DNA of 41,248 nucleotides from assembly GCA_031417495.1 (NCBI GenBank), contig JANOVQ010000057.1, positions 1 through 41,248 of the forward strand, given 5' to 3'. Under the pieces are notes generated by a model. That model saw only the letters and a program-made list of their open reading frames with translations, made no database searches and was not told where the DNA came from. Position numbers and translations under genes: made by a program. Source of the DNA: Pseudomonadota bacterium. Lineage in GTDB: Bacteria; Pseudomonadota; Gammaproteobacteria; Ga0077536. Positions 25,381 through 33,976 of this stretch are shown one piece after another (the first letter of the stretch is position 1; every line of letters begins with the position of its first letter).

Positions 25381-25444
25381 GCGCGCAGATGGGCCGCTGT
25401 CCCAGCGCCGCAGCAGATTCTTCCTAAGTCCGACAGGCTGCTAG
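25381..25444. repeat. partial (single-end) copy of the 17364-17530 element, opposite orientation
   Basis: 25394-25444 is the exact reverse complement of 17364-17414 (51/51). Weaker similarity extends to about 25371. No second terminal repeat is present. Confidence 0.7.
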
Positions 25445-25510
25445 AATGCAGGCCCCGCCAATGCTGCTCGTGCGGGCGCCCTGCCACCCAACGACCAAAG
25501 CGATACCAGC

Positions 25511-27532
25511 ATGACCCATTCGGCCGCGCCCTCTCCTACTCGTCGTGAACTCGCCAACGCCATCCGGGCGCTCAGCATGGATGCCGTGCAAGCCGCGAAC
25601 TCCGGTCATCCCGGCGCCCCTATGGGCATGGCCGATATCATGGAAGTGCTGTGGCGCGAGGTCCTGCGGCACAATCCCGCGAATCCTGGGTGGCCGAATC
25701 GTGATCGCTTTGTGCTCTCGAACGGTCACGGCTCAATGTTGTTGTATTCGCTGTTGCACCTCACGGGTTATGCGCTCCCGCTCAACGAATTGCGGAATTT
25801 TCGTCAACTCCATTCGAAAACGCCCGGGCATCCCGAGTTTGGCCATACGCCGGGAGTCGAGACCACCACCGGTCCCTTAGCCCAGGGTCTCGCCAATGCG
25901 GTGGGGATGGCGCTCGCGGAACGTACCCTGGCCGCCCAATTCAATCGCGAGGGCTTCGCGCTCGTCGATCATCACACCTATGTCGCGCTCGGCGATGGTT
26001 GCCTGATGGAAGGTCTTTCGCACGAAGCGTGTTCGTTGGCCGGTACGCTGGGTCTCGGCAAGTTGATCGCACTGTATGACGACAACCAGATTTCGATTGA
26101 TGGCAATGTCGCCGGCTGGTTCACCGACGACACCGCCGCGCGCTTTCGCGCCTACGGCTGGCAGGTACTCGAAAAAGTGGATGGGCATGATGCCACTGCC
26201 GTCGCCGCCGCGTTGCGCATGGCGCGCGCAGAGCGTCAGCGGCCCACCTTGATCTGCTGTCGCACCGTGCTCGGTTTCGGCGCCCCTAACAAGCAGGGCA
26301 AGGCGAGCGCCCACGGCGCACCACTCGGTGCGGCCGAAGTGGCCTTGGCACGCGAACAACTCGGCTGGTCAGCGCCCGCCTTCGAAATTCCGCCGGCGAT
26401 CATGGCGGCCTGGGATTGTCGCGTCGCGGGCGCCGCGGTGGAGGCCGCGTGGCAGGCCCTTTATCAAAGATATCAGGCGGAGCATCGCGCGCTCGCCGCC
26501 GAATTCGCGCGGCGCACGGCAGGCACCTTGCCGGTGGCGTGGGCGATGACCAAGGCGGCCATGCTCGAAGAGTTCCAAGGGCTAACCGCCGCGAATGCCA
26601 CGCGCAAATCTTCACAACTGGCGCTGGAGCAAATTGGCCCACTGCTGCCGGAGTTCATCGGCGGCTCAGCGGATCTCAGTGAATCCAATCTCACCCATTG
26701 GAAGGGCTGTATCACACAGACTCGCGAGGCCCCGCACGGCAATTACGTGAACTACGGGGTGCGCGAGTTCGCGATGACTGCCATCATGAATGGGCTCGCG
26801 CTGCATGGCGGCTTTATTCCCTATGGTGGCACGTTCCTGGTGTTCTCCGATTACGCGCGCAATGCCATTCGCATGGCGTGCCTGATGGGGATCCGGACAA
26901 TTTATGTGCTAACTCACGATTCGATTGGCCTCGGTGAGGATGGCCCCACGCATCAACCAATTGAACACGCCGCGACCTTACGCGCGATCCCGAACTGCAC
27001 GGTATGGCGACCCGGTGATGCAGCGGAAACCGCGGTCGCGTGGGCCGCCGCAGTCGAAAACGCGCACGGACCGACCTGTCTGCTGCTCACTCGGCAAGGT
27101 CTGCCACCACAGCCGCGAACACTGGCGCAGGTTGCGCTGATCGCGCGCGGCGGTTATGTGCTGCTGGAACCTGCCAACGCGCCAGCAGCCATTTTGATCG
27201 CGACCGGTTCTGAACTTGAGCTCGCCACCGCCACCGCGCGCACACTGAACGAGCAAGGCGCCAACATCCGGGTGGTGTCGATGCCCTGCCCCACCTTATT
27301 CCTCGCCCAGGATGCCGCGTATCGCGCGAGCGTGCTGCCGGACACTTGTCGCCGGCGCGTCGCGATCGAGGCCGGCGTCACCGATTACTGGTATCGCTTC
27401 GTCGGCCTCGATGGCTTGGTGATTGGGCTCGACAGTTTCGGTGCCTCAGCCCCCGCGGCGGATTTGTTCAAGCATTTCGGCTTCACGGTCGCTCAACTGC
27501 AAACACGACTTAGCGCATATTTGCAGGGATGA
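25511..27532 (+). CDS. tkt: transketolase
   Basis: [26 protein letters not shown]-terminus, GDGCLMEG ThDP motif and [16 protein letters not shown]. 673 aa. Confidence 0.97.
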   Translation: MTHSAAPSPTRRELANAIRALSMDAVQAANSGHPGAPMGMADIMEVLWREVLRHNPANPGWPNRDRFVLSNGHGSMLLYSLLHLTGYALPLNELRNFRQLHSKTPGHPEFGHTPGVETTTGPLAQGLANAVGMALAERTLAAQFNREGFALVDHHTYVALGDGCLMEGLSHEACSLAGTLGLGKLIALYDDNQISIDGNVAGWFTDDTAARFRAYGWQVLEKVDGHDATAVAAALRMARAERQRPTLICCRTVLGFGAPNKQGKASAHGAPLGAAEVALAREQLGWSAPAFEIPPAIMAAWDCRVAGAAVEAAWQALYQRYQAEHRALAAEFARRTAGTLPVAWAMTKAAMLEEFQGLTAANATRKSSQLALEQIGPLLPEFIGGSADLSESNLTHWKGCITQTREAPHGNYVNYGVREFAMTAIMNGLALHGGFIPYGGTFLVFSDYARNAIRMACLMGIRTIYVLTHDSIGLGEDGPTHQPIEHAATLRAIPNCTVWRPGDAAETAVAWAAAVENAHGPTCLLLTRQGLPPQPRTLAQVALIARGGYVLLEPANAPAAILIATGSELELATATARTLNEQGANIRVVSMPCPTLFLAQDAAYRASVLPDTCRRRVAIEAGVTDYWYRFVGLDGLVIGLDSFGASAPAADLFKHFGFTVAQLQTRLSAYLQG

Positions 27533-27596
27533 ACTCCCCTTCGGGTGAATCAGCCTGTCACGACTTTCAGATCAGATTAGGATTAGGAGAGAAACC

Positions 27597-28613
27597 ATGA
27601 CGATTCGGGTGGGTATCAATGGCTACGGCCGTATCGGGCGCAATGTATTGCGCGCGCTCTTCGAAACAGGCCGCACACAGGAAATCGAGATCGTTGCCCT
27701 GAATGATCTCGGCGACGCCGCCACCAACGCGCATCTGACCAAATACGATTCCGCACATGGTCCGTTCCCGGGCACCGTGGCGGTGGACGGCGACAGCATG
27801 GTGGTGAACGGCCAGCGCATCAAAGTGTTGGCTGAACGCGATCCCGCGAAATTGCCGTGGGCGGATTTGAAAGTGGATGTGGTCATGGAATGCACCGGGC
27901 TGTTCACCAAGCGCGAGAAGGCCGCTCTGCACCTCAAAGGTGGTGCGAAGAAAGTACTCATCTCGGCACCCGCGAGCGATCAGGTGGACGCCACCATCGT
28001 CTATGGCGTGAACCATCGCACGTTGAAAGCCAGCGACAGCGTGATTTCGAACGCCTCCTGCACCACCAATTGCCTGGCACCTTTGGTGAAACCCCTGCAC
28101 GAGAAAATCGGTGTGGAGTCGGGTCTCATGACCACCATTCACTCCTATACCAATGACCAGGTACTGACTGACGTGTATCACAGCGATCTGCGTCGCGCGC
28201 GCTCGGCCACTCAGTCCATGATTCCGACCAAGACGGGGGCGGCGGCAGCAGTCGGTCTGGTGCTGCCGGATCTCGCGGGCAAGCTCGACGGCCTCGCCGT
28301 GCGCGTGCCGACGATCAATGTCTCGTTGGTGGATCTCACGTTCATCGCCAACCGGGCGACCGATAAAAACGAAATCACTGCCATCATGCAAGAGGCGGCG
28401 GCGGGCGATCTCAAAGGGATTTTGATGGTGAACGAATTGCCGTTGGTCTCGATAGACTTCAATCACAATCCCTATTCGTCAATTTTCGAAGCCGCGGAAA
28501 CCAAAGTGATCGGCGGCAAGTTGGTGAAGGTGATGGCCTGGTACGACAACGAATGGGGCTTCTCCAATCGCATGCTCGATACCGCTATCGCGTTGATGCA
28601 CGCCAAGGGGTAG
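27597..28613 (+). CDS. gap: glyceraldehyde-3-phosphate dehydrogenase
   Basis: [17 protein letters not shown]-binding N-terminus, active site [12 protein letters not shown] and [20 protein letters not shown]. Confidence 0.97.
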   Translation: MTIRVGINGYGRIGRNVLRALFETGRTQEIEIVALNDLGDAATNAHLTKYDSAHGPFPGTVAVDGDSMVVNGQRIKVLAERDPAKLPWADLKVDVVMECTGLFTKREKAALHLKGGAKKVLISAPASDQVDATIVYGVNHRTLKASDSVISNASCTTNCLAPLVKPLHEKIGVESGLMTTIHSYTNDQVLTDVYHSDLRRARSATQSMIPTKTGAAAAVGLVLPDLAGKLDGLAVRVPTINVSLVDLTFIANRATDKNEITAIMQEAAAGDLKGILMVNELPLVSIDFNHNPYSSIFEAAETKVIGGKLVKVMAWYDNEWGFSNRMLDTAIALMHAKG

Positions 28614-28616
28614 CGC

Positions 28617-29789
28617 ATGTTGCGCATGGAAAGCCTTGCGCTGGCGGGACAACGGGTGCTGATCCGCGAGGATTTCAATGTACCGCTGAAACACGGCGAA
28701 ATCGCGGATGACACTCGTCTGCGCGCCGCTCTGCCGACCTTGCAGTTCGCGTTGGCGGCTAAGGCCCGAGTGCTGGTGATGTCGCACCTCGGGCGGCCGA
28801 AGGAAGGTGTGTGCGAGGCGGCGAGTTCCCTGGCGCCCGTCGCGACCGCACTTACCCGCATGCTCGGTCAACCGGTGCGGCTGATCACGGACTGGATCGA
28901 TGGCGTGGAATGCGCGCCCGGCGAGTGCGTGCTGCTTGAGAATGTGCGTTTTCAAGTCGGTGAAGAAAAGGATGACGATGCCCTCGCCCGCAAGATGGCG
29001 GCGCTGTGCGATATCTATGTGAACGATGCCTTCGCGACCGCGCACCGCGCCCAGGCGTCCACCCATGGCGTGGCCAAGTTCGCGAAGATCGCTTGTGCCG
29101 GCCCCCTGATGACGCGCGAGATCGACGCGCTCAAACAGGCGCTGCACGCCCCTCAAAGACCATTGGTCGCGGTAGTCGGCGGTTCCAAAGTCTCGACCAA
29201 GCTTGAATTGCTCGAGTCCCTGGTCAGCAAAGTCGATCAACTGATTGTCGGCGGCGGGATTGCGAACACCTTCATGAAGGCGGCGGGCCTGCCGATTGGC
29301 AAATCACTGTGCGAAGACGAGATGGTGGCAACCGCGGCGCGGATCATCGCGCTCGCCACAGCGCGCGGCGCGGCGGTGCCGATTCCGAGCGATGTGGTGT
29401 GCGGCAAGGAATTCAAAGACTCCACGCCAGCTGTCACCAAAGCCGCGAGCGCAGTGGCCGCCGATGACTTAATCATGGACGTCGGGCCCGTCACCGCGCA
29501 GCACTTCGCTGAGCTACTCAAGGCGGCCGGTACCATTGTGTGGAACGGGCCGCTGGGCGTGTTCGAATTTGATCAATTCGGCGGCGGTACCCAGATCTTG
29601 GCGGCCGCAATCGCCGCCTCAAGCGCGTTTTCAATTGCCGGTGGTGGCGATACTTTGGCGGCGATCGCGAAGTACGGCATCACCGGGCAGGTCTCGTACA
29701 TTTCGACTGCGGGTGGGGCGTTTCTTGAATATCTTGAGGGCAAGACCTTGCCGGCGGTCGCGATGTTGGAGACGCGGGCGAAGGGTTGA
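28617..29789 (+). CDS. pgk: phosphoglycerate kinase
   Basis: [13 protein letters not shown]-terminal signature, ...[10 protein letters not shown]..., ...[17 protein letters not shown]. The ATG lies 3 nt after the gap stop. Confidence 0.97.
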   Translation: MLRMESLALAGQRVLIREDFNVPLKHGEIADDTRLRAALPTLQFALAAKARVLVMSHLGRPKEGVCEAASSLAPVATALTRMLGQPVRLITDWIDGVECAPGECVLLENVRFQVGEEKDDDALARKMAALCDIYVNDAFATAHRAQASTHGVAKFAKIACAGPLMTREIDALKQALHAPQRPLVAVVGGSKVSTKLELLESLVSKVDQLIVGGGIANTFMKAAGLPIGKSLCEDEMVATAARIIALATARGAAVPIPSDVVCGKEFKDSTPAVTKAASAVAADDLIMDVGPVTAQHFAELLKAAGTIVWNGPLGVFEFDQFGGGTQILAAAIAASSAFSIAGGGDTLAAIAKYGITGQVSYISTAGGAFLEYLEGKTLPAVAMLETRAKG

Positions 29790-29828
29790 GGATGCGACAT
29801 TGCGAGCGTTAAGTCGCGTCTGTTCAAT

Positions 29829-29864
29829 CCCCGTCATCCCGGGTCTTCGCCCGGGACGACGGGG
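29829..29864. other. GC-rich hairpin (15-nt arms, 14 of 15 positions paired, 6-nt loop) downstream of pgk; REP-like or factor-dependent terminator
   Basis: CCCCGTCATCCCGGG-TCTTCG-CCCGGGACGACGGGG. No U-tract follows. Confidence 0.4.
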
Positions 29865-29969
29865 CGGGAGGTCGGCGTCAACCCCTAATTCGTTCATCCT
29901 TAAAATTTGTAGGCGAGTTCTCCGTGTTATCGGTGTTCTCCGTAGCAAAATTTCTTCACACTGGACCTT

Positions 29970-29985
29970 TCACTGCTCGCAGTGA
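29970..29985. promoter_or_regulatory. 16-bp dyad TCACTGC-TC-GCAGTGA, candidate operator upstream of the nicX-like gene
   Basis: Perfect 7-bp arms 47 nt upstream of ATG 30032. A GTTCTCCGT direct repeat lies at 29917-29925 and 29935-29943 further upstream. Confidence 0.3.
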
Positions 29986-30031
29986 TTGAATCCGCGGTGT
30001 CGCAACCAGCGGCCGTCTTGGAGATCACCTC

Positions 30032-31066
30032 ATGTTCAGCGACCGCCTAGAACCCCAGTGGCTCGACGCCTTCCAGCGCGTTTTTGAGCTGTGCAAAATC
30101 CAACCAGGCGACGCCGTCGCGCTGCTCACGGAAACGCAATCACGTGTGCTGAATGTGGAACTCGCGCGCCTCGCATTGGCGCGGTTGGGCGTCGCGGCCT
30201 GCCAGATCATGGTGCCAACGCCACGTCAAACCGCGCCAGTCCCCATCCGTTCCACTGGTGCGAGTCAGGCTCTGCAGGGGCAAGCCGCGGCGTTGGCGGC
30301 CTTGCAAGCATCGCAATTCGTCGTCGATCTCACCGTCGAAGGCTTGCTCCACGCGCCGCAGTTGCCGGAGATTTTGCGCAGTGGTGCACGGGTGTTGATG
30401 ATCTCGAACGAGCATCCCGAAGCGTTGGAACGTCTGGTCCCGCGGGCCGAGGATGAAGCCGGCGTAAAAGCCGCGATCAAGGCTTGTAAGGCGGCGAACA
30501 CCCTGCACGTTACCTCCGCGGCAGGCACCGATCTCAAGGTCGATCTGCGCGAAGCGCGGGTGGGTGGGGTGTGGGGTTGGTGCGCGAAGCCAGGCATGAT
30601 CGCCCACTGGCCCGGCGGCATCGTGGTGAATTTTCCGCGGCCAAATAGCGTGAATGGTCGGTTGGTGCTCGCTGTGGGCGATGTGAATCTCACCTTTAAG
30701 CGTTACCTCGAGTCGGCGGTGACGCTCACCATCGAAGAGGATTTTGTGACCGTGATCGAAGGCCATGGCACCGATGCCGAATTAATGCGGCGATATTTCG
30801 CGGCATGGGGTGATCGTGCGGCGTACGGCGTCAGCCATGTCGGTTGGGGGTTGAATCCCCGCGCACGTTATGAGGCGCTCGCGATGTACGACCAGCGCGA
30901 TTTCAACGGCACGGAGCTGCGCGCCTTCGCGGGCAATTTTCTCTATTCGACCGGCGCCAATGAATTTGCGCAGCGCTTCACCGAAGGCCATTTCGATCTG
31001 CCACTGCGCGGTTGCACGATTAAATTGGACGATCAAATCGTGGTGGACGCAGGGAATTTGCGATGA
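30032..31066 (+). CDS. NicX-like (2,5-dihydroxypyridine 5,6-dioxygenase / M29 aminopeptidase-T fold) protein
   Basis: 344 aa. C-terminal ...GVSHVGWGLNPRARY...RAFAGNFLYSTGAN...HFDLPLRGCTIKLDDQIVVDAGNL matches my recollection of the NicX family. Substrate unknown. Confidence 0.55.
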   Translation: MFSDRLEPQWLDAFQRVFELCKIQPGDAVALLTETQSRVLNVELARLALARLGVAACQIMVPTPRQTAPVPIRSTGASQALQGQAAALAALQASQFVVDLTVEGLLHAPQLPEILRSGARVLMISNEHPEALERLVPRAEDEAGVKAAIKACKAANTLHVTSAAGTDLKVDLREARVGGVWGWCAKPGMIAHWPGGIVVNFPRPNSVNGRLVLAVGDVNLTFKRYLESAVTLTIEEDFVTVIEGHGTDAELMRRYFAAWGDRAAYGVSHVGWGLNPRARYEALAMYDQRDFNGTELRAFAGNFLYSTGANEFAQRFTEGHFDLPLRGCTIKLDDQIVVDAGNLR

Positions 31067-32313
31067 CGCCAGACGCGCCGATATTCGATCCCAAGGCCTT
31101 TCGGCTTACCCCCCAGGAAATCGAACTCACCACGCGCGCGCGCGAACTAGCCGCCAGCAACTTCGCGCCACGCGCCGCGACCTTCGACCGCGAAGCACGC
31201 TTTCCCACGGAGAATTACCGCGATCTCCGCGCGGCCGGACTGCTTGGCATCTGTGTGCCCAGTGCCTATGGCGGGCTGGGCGCGAGCTATCGCGCATACT
31301 CGCTGAGTGCGGCGGAAATCGGTCGCTACTGTGGCGCCACCGCGCTCACCTTCAACATGCATGTGTGTTCCTGTCTGTGGTCAGGCGAACTCGCGGACGG
31401 CCTCGACATGCCGCCAGCGATGCGGGTCCTCCACCAACGTCGGCGGGGCGGTCACTACGCGCGCATCATTCAGGATGGCAAAATTTATTCGCAGCCCTTC
31501 TCCGAGGGCGGCGCAATTGCGGCCGCTTCCGGTGCCGTGCCGTTCGCGACCACCGCCAAACGCACTGCCGGTGGCTGGCTGGTGAACGGCAAAAAGATTT
31601 TCGCGTCGTTATCCGGTCACGCCGATTACTACGGCATCCTGTGCACGGAAACCGCGGAAGAAGAGACCCTGAATCGCCGCAATTCGCTGTATCTCGCGGT
31701 GGCGGCCACCGCGCCAGGCGTTTCAGTGGTGGGTGATTGGGATCCGCTGGGCATGCGCGGCACGGTATCGCGCACTGCGCTGTTTAAAGAAGTGTTCGTG
31801 ACGGAAGACGAAGCCATCATGCCGCCCGGCGTATATCACCAGGCCGCCGGCCGCTGGCCGCATATGTTTCTCACCTTGACACCCACCTATCTGGGACTCG
31901 CGCAGGCGGCCTATGATTTCACCGTGAAATATCTGCGCGGTGAATGGCCTGGGGTAACTGAGCAGCGGCGTGGCATGGCAGTCAAACAAAGCAATGTCGC
32001 GCGCATGCACATCATGCTTGAGCAGACCAAGGCGCTGTGGTTTCAGGTGATCAGCGAGGCTTGCATCGATCCCACGCGCGAACAACTGCAGCGTGCGTTG
32101 GCCGCGCAGTACACCGTGATGGAAAACGCCAATGAACTCGCGCAACTCGCGATCCGCACCTGCGGTGGCCAGTCAATGCTGCGCTCGCTGCCAATCGAGC
32201 GCCTGTATCGCGACAGCCGCTGTGGGGCGCTGATGCTGCCGTGGACGGCAGATCTCTGCATCGAGCGCCTCGGTCGTGAGGCGTTGTATCTGCCTGGTGA
32301 GCGCGATGGTTAA
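31063..32313 (+). CDS. acyl-CoA dehydrogenase family protein
   Basis: The ATGA start/stop overlap with the upstream gene suggests translational coupling. N-terminal ...TPQEIELTTRARELAASNFAPRAATFDREARFPTENYRDLRAAGLLGICVPSAYGGLG is the typical ACAD layout. 416 aa. Confidence 0.85.
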   Translation: MTPDAPIFDPKAFRLTPQEIELTTRARELAASNFAPRAATFDREARFPTENYRDLRAAGLLGICVPSAYGGLGASYRAYSLSAAEIGRYCGATALTFNMHVCSCLWSGELADGLDMPPAMRVLHQRRRGGHYARIIQDGKIYSQPFSEGGAIAAASGAVPFATTAKRTAGGWLVNGKKIFASLSGHADYYGILCTETAEEETLNRRNSLYLAVAATAPGVSVVGDWDPLGMRGTVSRTALFKEVFVTEDEAIMPPGVYHQAAGRWPHMFLTLTPTYLGLAQAAYDFTVKYLRGEWPGVTEQRRGMAVKQSNVARMHIMLEQTKALWFQVISEACIDPTREQLQRALAAQYTVMENANELAQLAIRTCGGQSMLRSLPIERLYRDSRCGALMLPWTADLCIERLGREALYLPGERDG

Positions 32314-32349
32314 AGCTTCTGGGGTGGCAGGGCAGCGCGCAACGACGGA

Positions 32350-33897
32350 ATGCGGACGCGTTCGCGCGCAATGACCAGTCGGGGTTCGTCGACGCTGGAC
32401 AGTCCGGTCGGCCAGTGGATCACGCAGCACGCAGCAAACGATCCCGCGCGCAGCGCGCTCCGCTTTGAGGAAGAGATCCTCACTTATCGCGAATTCGCGG
32501 TCTTGATCGATGGCTTTACAGATTTTTTGGCAAATGCACTGGCGCTGCCGCCCGGCGCCCGCGTCGCCTACCTCGGCGCAAATACGCCGGAGGAGCTCGC
32601 GTTGGTGTTCGCCTGTGCCGCGACGGGCTGTGTGTTAGTGCCCCTCAATTGGCGCTTGGCAGCGGCGGAACTCGACGCGGTACTTGCCGATTGCACACCA
32701 GCGGTCTTGGTGGTGGAAGATTCCTGCGCGCCCTTGGCAGCGGCGCTGACCTATGCGGTGCCGGGGAATCGGCGGTTTGGGGTCCGCAACCGCGATCCGC
32801 GCTGGCCGGAAGTCGCGACCCGGCGAAGCGCGTCGCCTGCGCGGGACGTGCCGCCAGACGCCCCGCTTCTGCTCTGCTATACCTCGGGCACCACTGGTCG
32901 CGCGAAGGGTGCCGTGTTGAGCGCACGCACCGTCACCTGCAACGCGCTGAATTCCATCCACATGCACGGGCTGACCGCGGCTGATCGAATCCTCACCGTG
33001 TTGCCGCTCTTTCACGTCGGCGGTCTGAATATTCAAACCTTGCCTGCGTTCAAGGTCGGCGCCGAAGTGATTCTACTGCCACGCTTTGAACCGACTGCGG
33101 CGCTCACGGCCATCACCACCCTGCGGCCGACCTTGACGGTGCAAGTACCGGCTACCCTGCAGGCGCTGCAGGCACTCGCGTCCTGGGCGCAGGCAGATCT
33201 TTCGGGTTTGCGCGCGGTGACCACGGGTTCCACCGATGTGCCGCTTAATCTCATTACCGCCTGGCATGCGCGCGGCGTGCCGGTGATTCAGGTGTATGGC
33301 GCAACCGAAACCGGGCCGGTGGCTATCTATCAACAAATCGCGGAGGCCTATGCGACAGCCGGTGCGCTCGGTCGTGCGGGTCTCCACACTGAGATCCGTC
33401 TCATGCGGGCGGATGGTGTGCCTTGTGCAAGCGACGAGCCCGGCGAGATCCAGGTGCGCGGAGCGCACGTGATTACGCATTATTGGAAGCAGACGAATCC
33501 GCACGCCTTTGTGGCGGATTGGTTCTGCACCGGCGACGTCGCAACGCGCGATGCGGCAGGACACTATTGGTTCAAGGATCGTCTGAAGAATGTGATCATT
33601 TCAGGCGGTGAAAACATTTATCCGGCAGAGCTTGAGCGGGTCCTGCGTGAGGTGCCGGGAGTGCAGGAAATCGCCGTGACCGGACGCCCCGATCCGGTGT
33701 GGGGTGCGGTGCCGGTAGCCGTGCTCGTCGCGACGCGGGCGGACCTTGATCTCGCTACCCTGCAGCGGGCCTTGGCCGGCCGCCTTGCGCGCTACAAATG
33801 GCCGAAGGACTTGCTGACCGTCGCGGCCTTGCCACGCACGGCGCTGGGCAAGGTCGATACCATCGCTTTGCGGGATTTGGTGAGGGAGGCGTCTTGA
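32350..33897 (+). CDS. AMP-dependent acyl-CoA synthetase/ligase (ANL superfamily)
   Basis: AMP-binding motif LCYTSGTTGRAKGA, YGATETG, GDVATRDAAGHYWFKDRLKNVIISGGENIYPAELE, and the C-terminal catalytic Lys context LGKVD. An alternative start is at 32371. Confidence 0.88.
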   Translation: MRTRSRAMTSRGSSTLDSPVGQWITQHAANDPARSALRFEEEILTYREFAVLIDGFTDFLANALALPPGARVAYLGANTPEELALVFACAATGCVLVPLNWRLAAAELDAVLADCTPAVLVVEDSCAPLAAALTYAVPGNRRFGVRNRDPRWPEVATRRSASPARDVPPDAPLLLCYTSGTTGRAKGAVLSARTVTCNALNSIHMHGLTAADRILTVLPLFHVGGLNIQTLPAFKVGAEVILLPRFEPTAALTAITTLRPTLTVQVPATLQALQALASWAQADLSGLRAVTTGSTDVPLNLITAWHARGVPVIQVYGATETGPVAIYQQIAEAYATAGALGRAGLHTEIRLMRADGVPCASDEPGEIQVRGAHVITHYWKQTNPHAFVADWFCTGDVATRDAAGHYWFKDRLKNVIISGGENIYPAELERVLREVPGVQEIAVTGRPDPVWGAVPVAVLVATRADLDLATLQRALAGRLARYKWPKDLLTVAALPRTALGKVDTIALRDLVREAS

Positions 33898-33907
33898 TAA
33901 TCTTCGG

Positions 33908-33937
33908 AGGTCGGATAAGCGCCGCGTAATCCGACCT
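33908..33937. repeat. REP-like imperfect palindrome AGGTCGGATAAGCGCCGCGTAATCCGACCT
   Basis: GGTCGGAT/ATCCGACC arms. A related copy at 41136-41165 matches 27/30 as its reverse complement. Confidence 0.55.
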
Positions 33938-33976
33938 GTAAAGGAGGATTATCGCGCCGCAAGGCGCTCCTACAGG
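33935..33976. terminator. hairpin between convergent genes (possible bidirectional terminator)
   Basis: CCTGTA(AA)GGAG...GCGCC-GCAA-GGCGC-TCCTACAGG. Outer 10 bp plus an inner 5-bp stem capped by a GNRA-type loop. It overlaps the stop codon of the kinase gene. No U-tract. Confidence 0.4.

Noticed and set aside
27567-29240. Long minus-strand ORFs of 299 aa (27567-28466) and 253 aa (28479-29240), antisense to gap and pgk
   Set aside because: They lie fully inside genes with unambiguous GAPDH and PGK motifs on the plus strand. Their translations are Arg/His/Gly-rich with no motifs. Such antisense ORFs are a normal artefact of high G+C.
30870-31736. 288-aa plus-strand ORF spanning the nicX-like/ACAD junction in another frame
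   Set aside because: It is out of frame with two ORFs that show family-typical sequence and a coupled ATGA junction. Its translation is Arg/Ser/Ala-rich junk.
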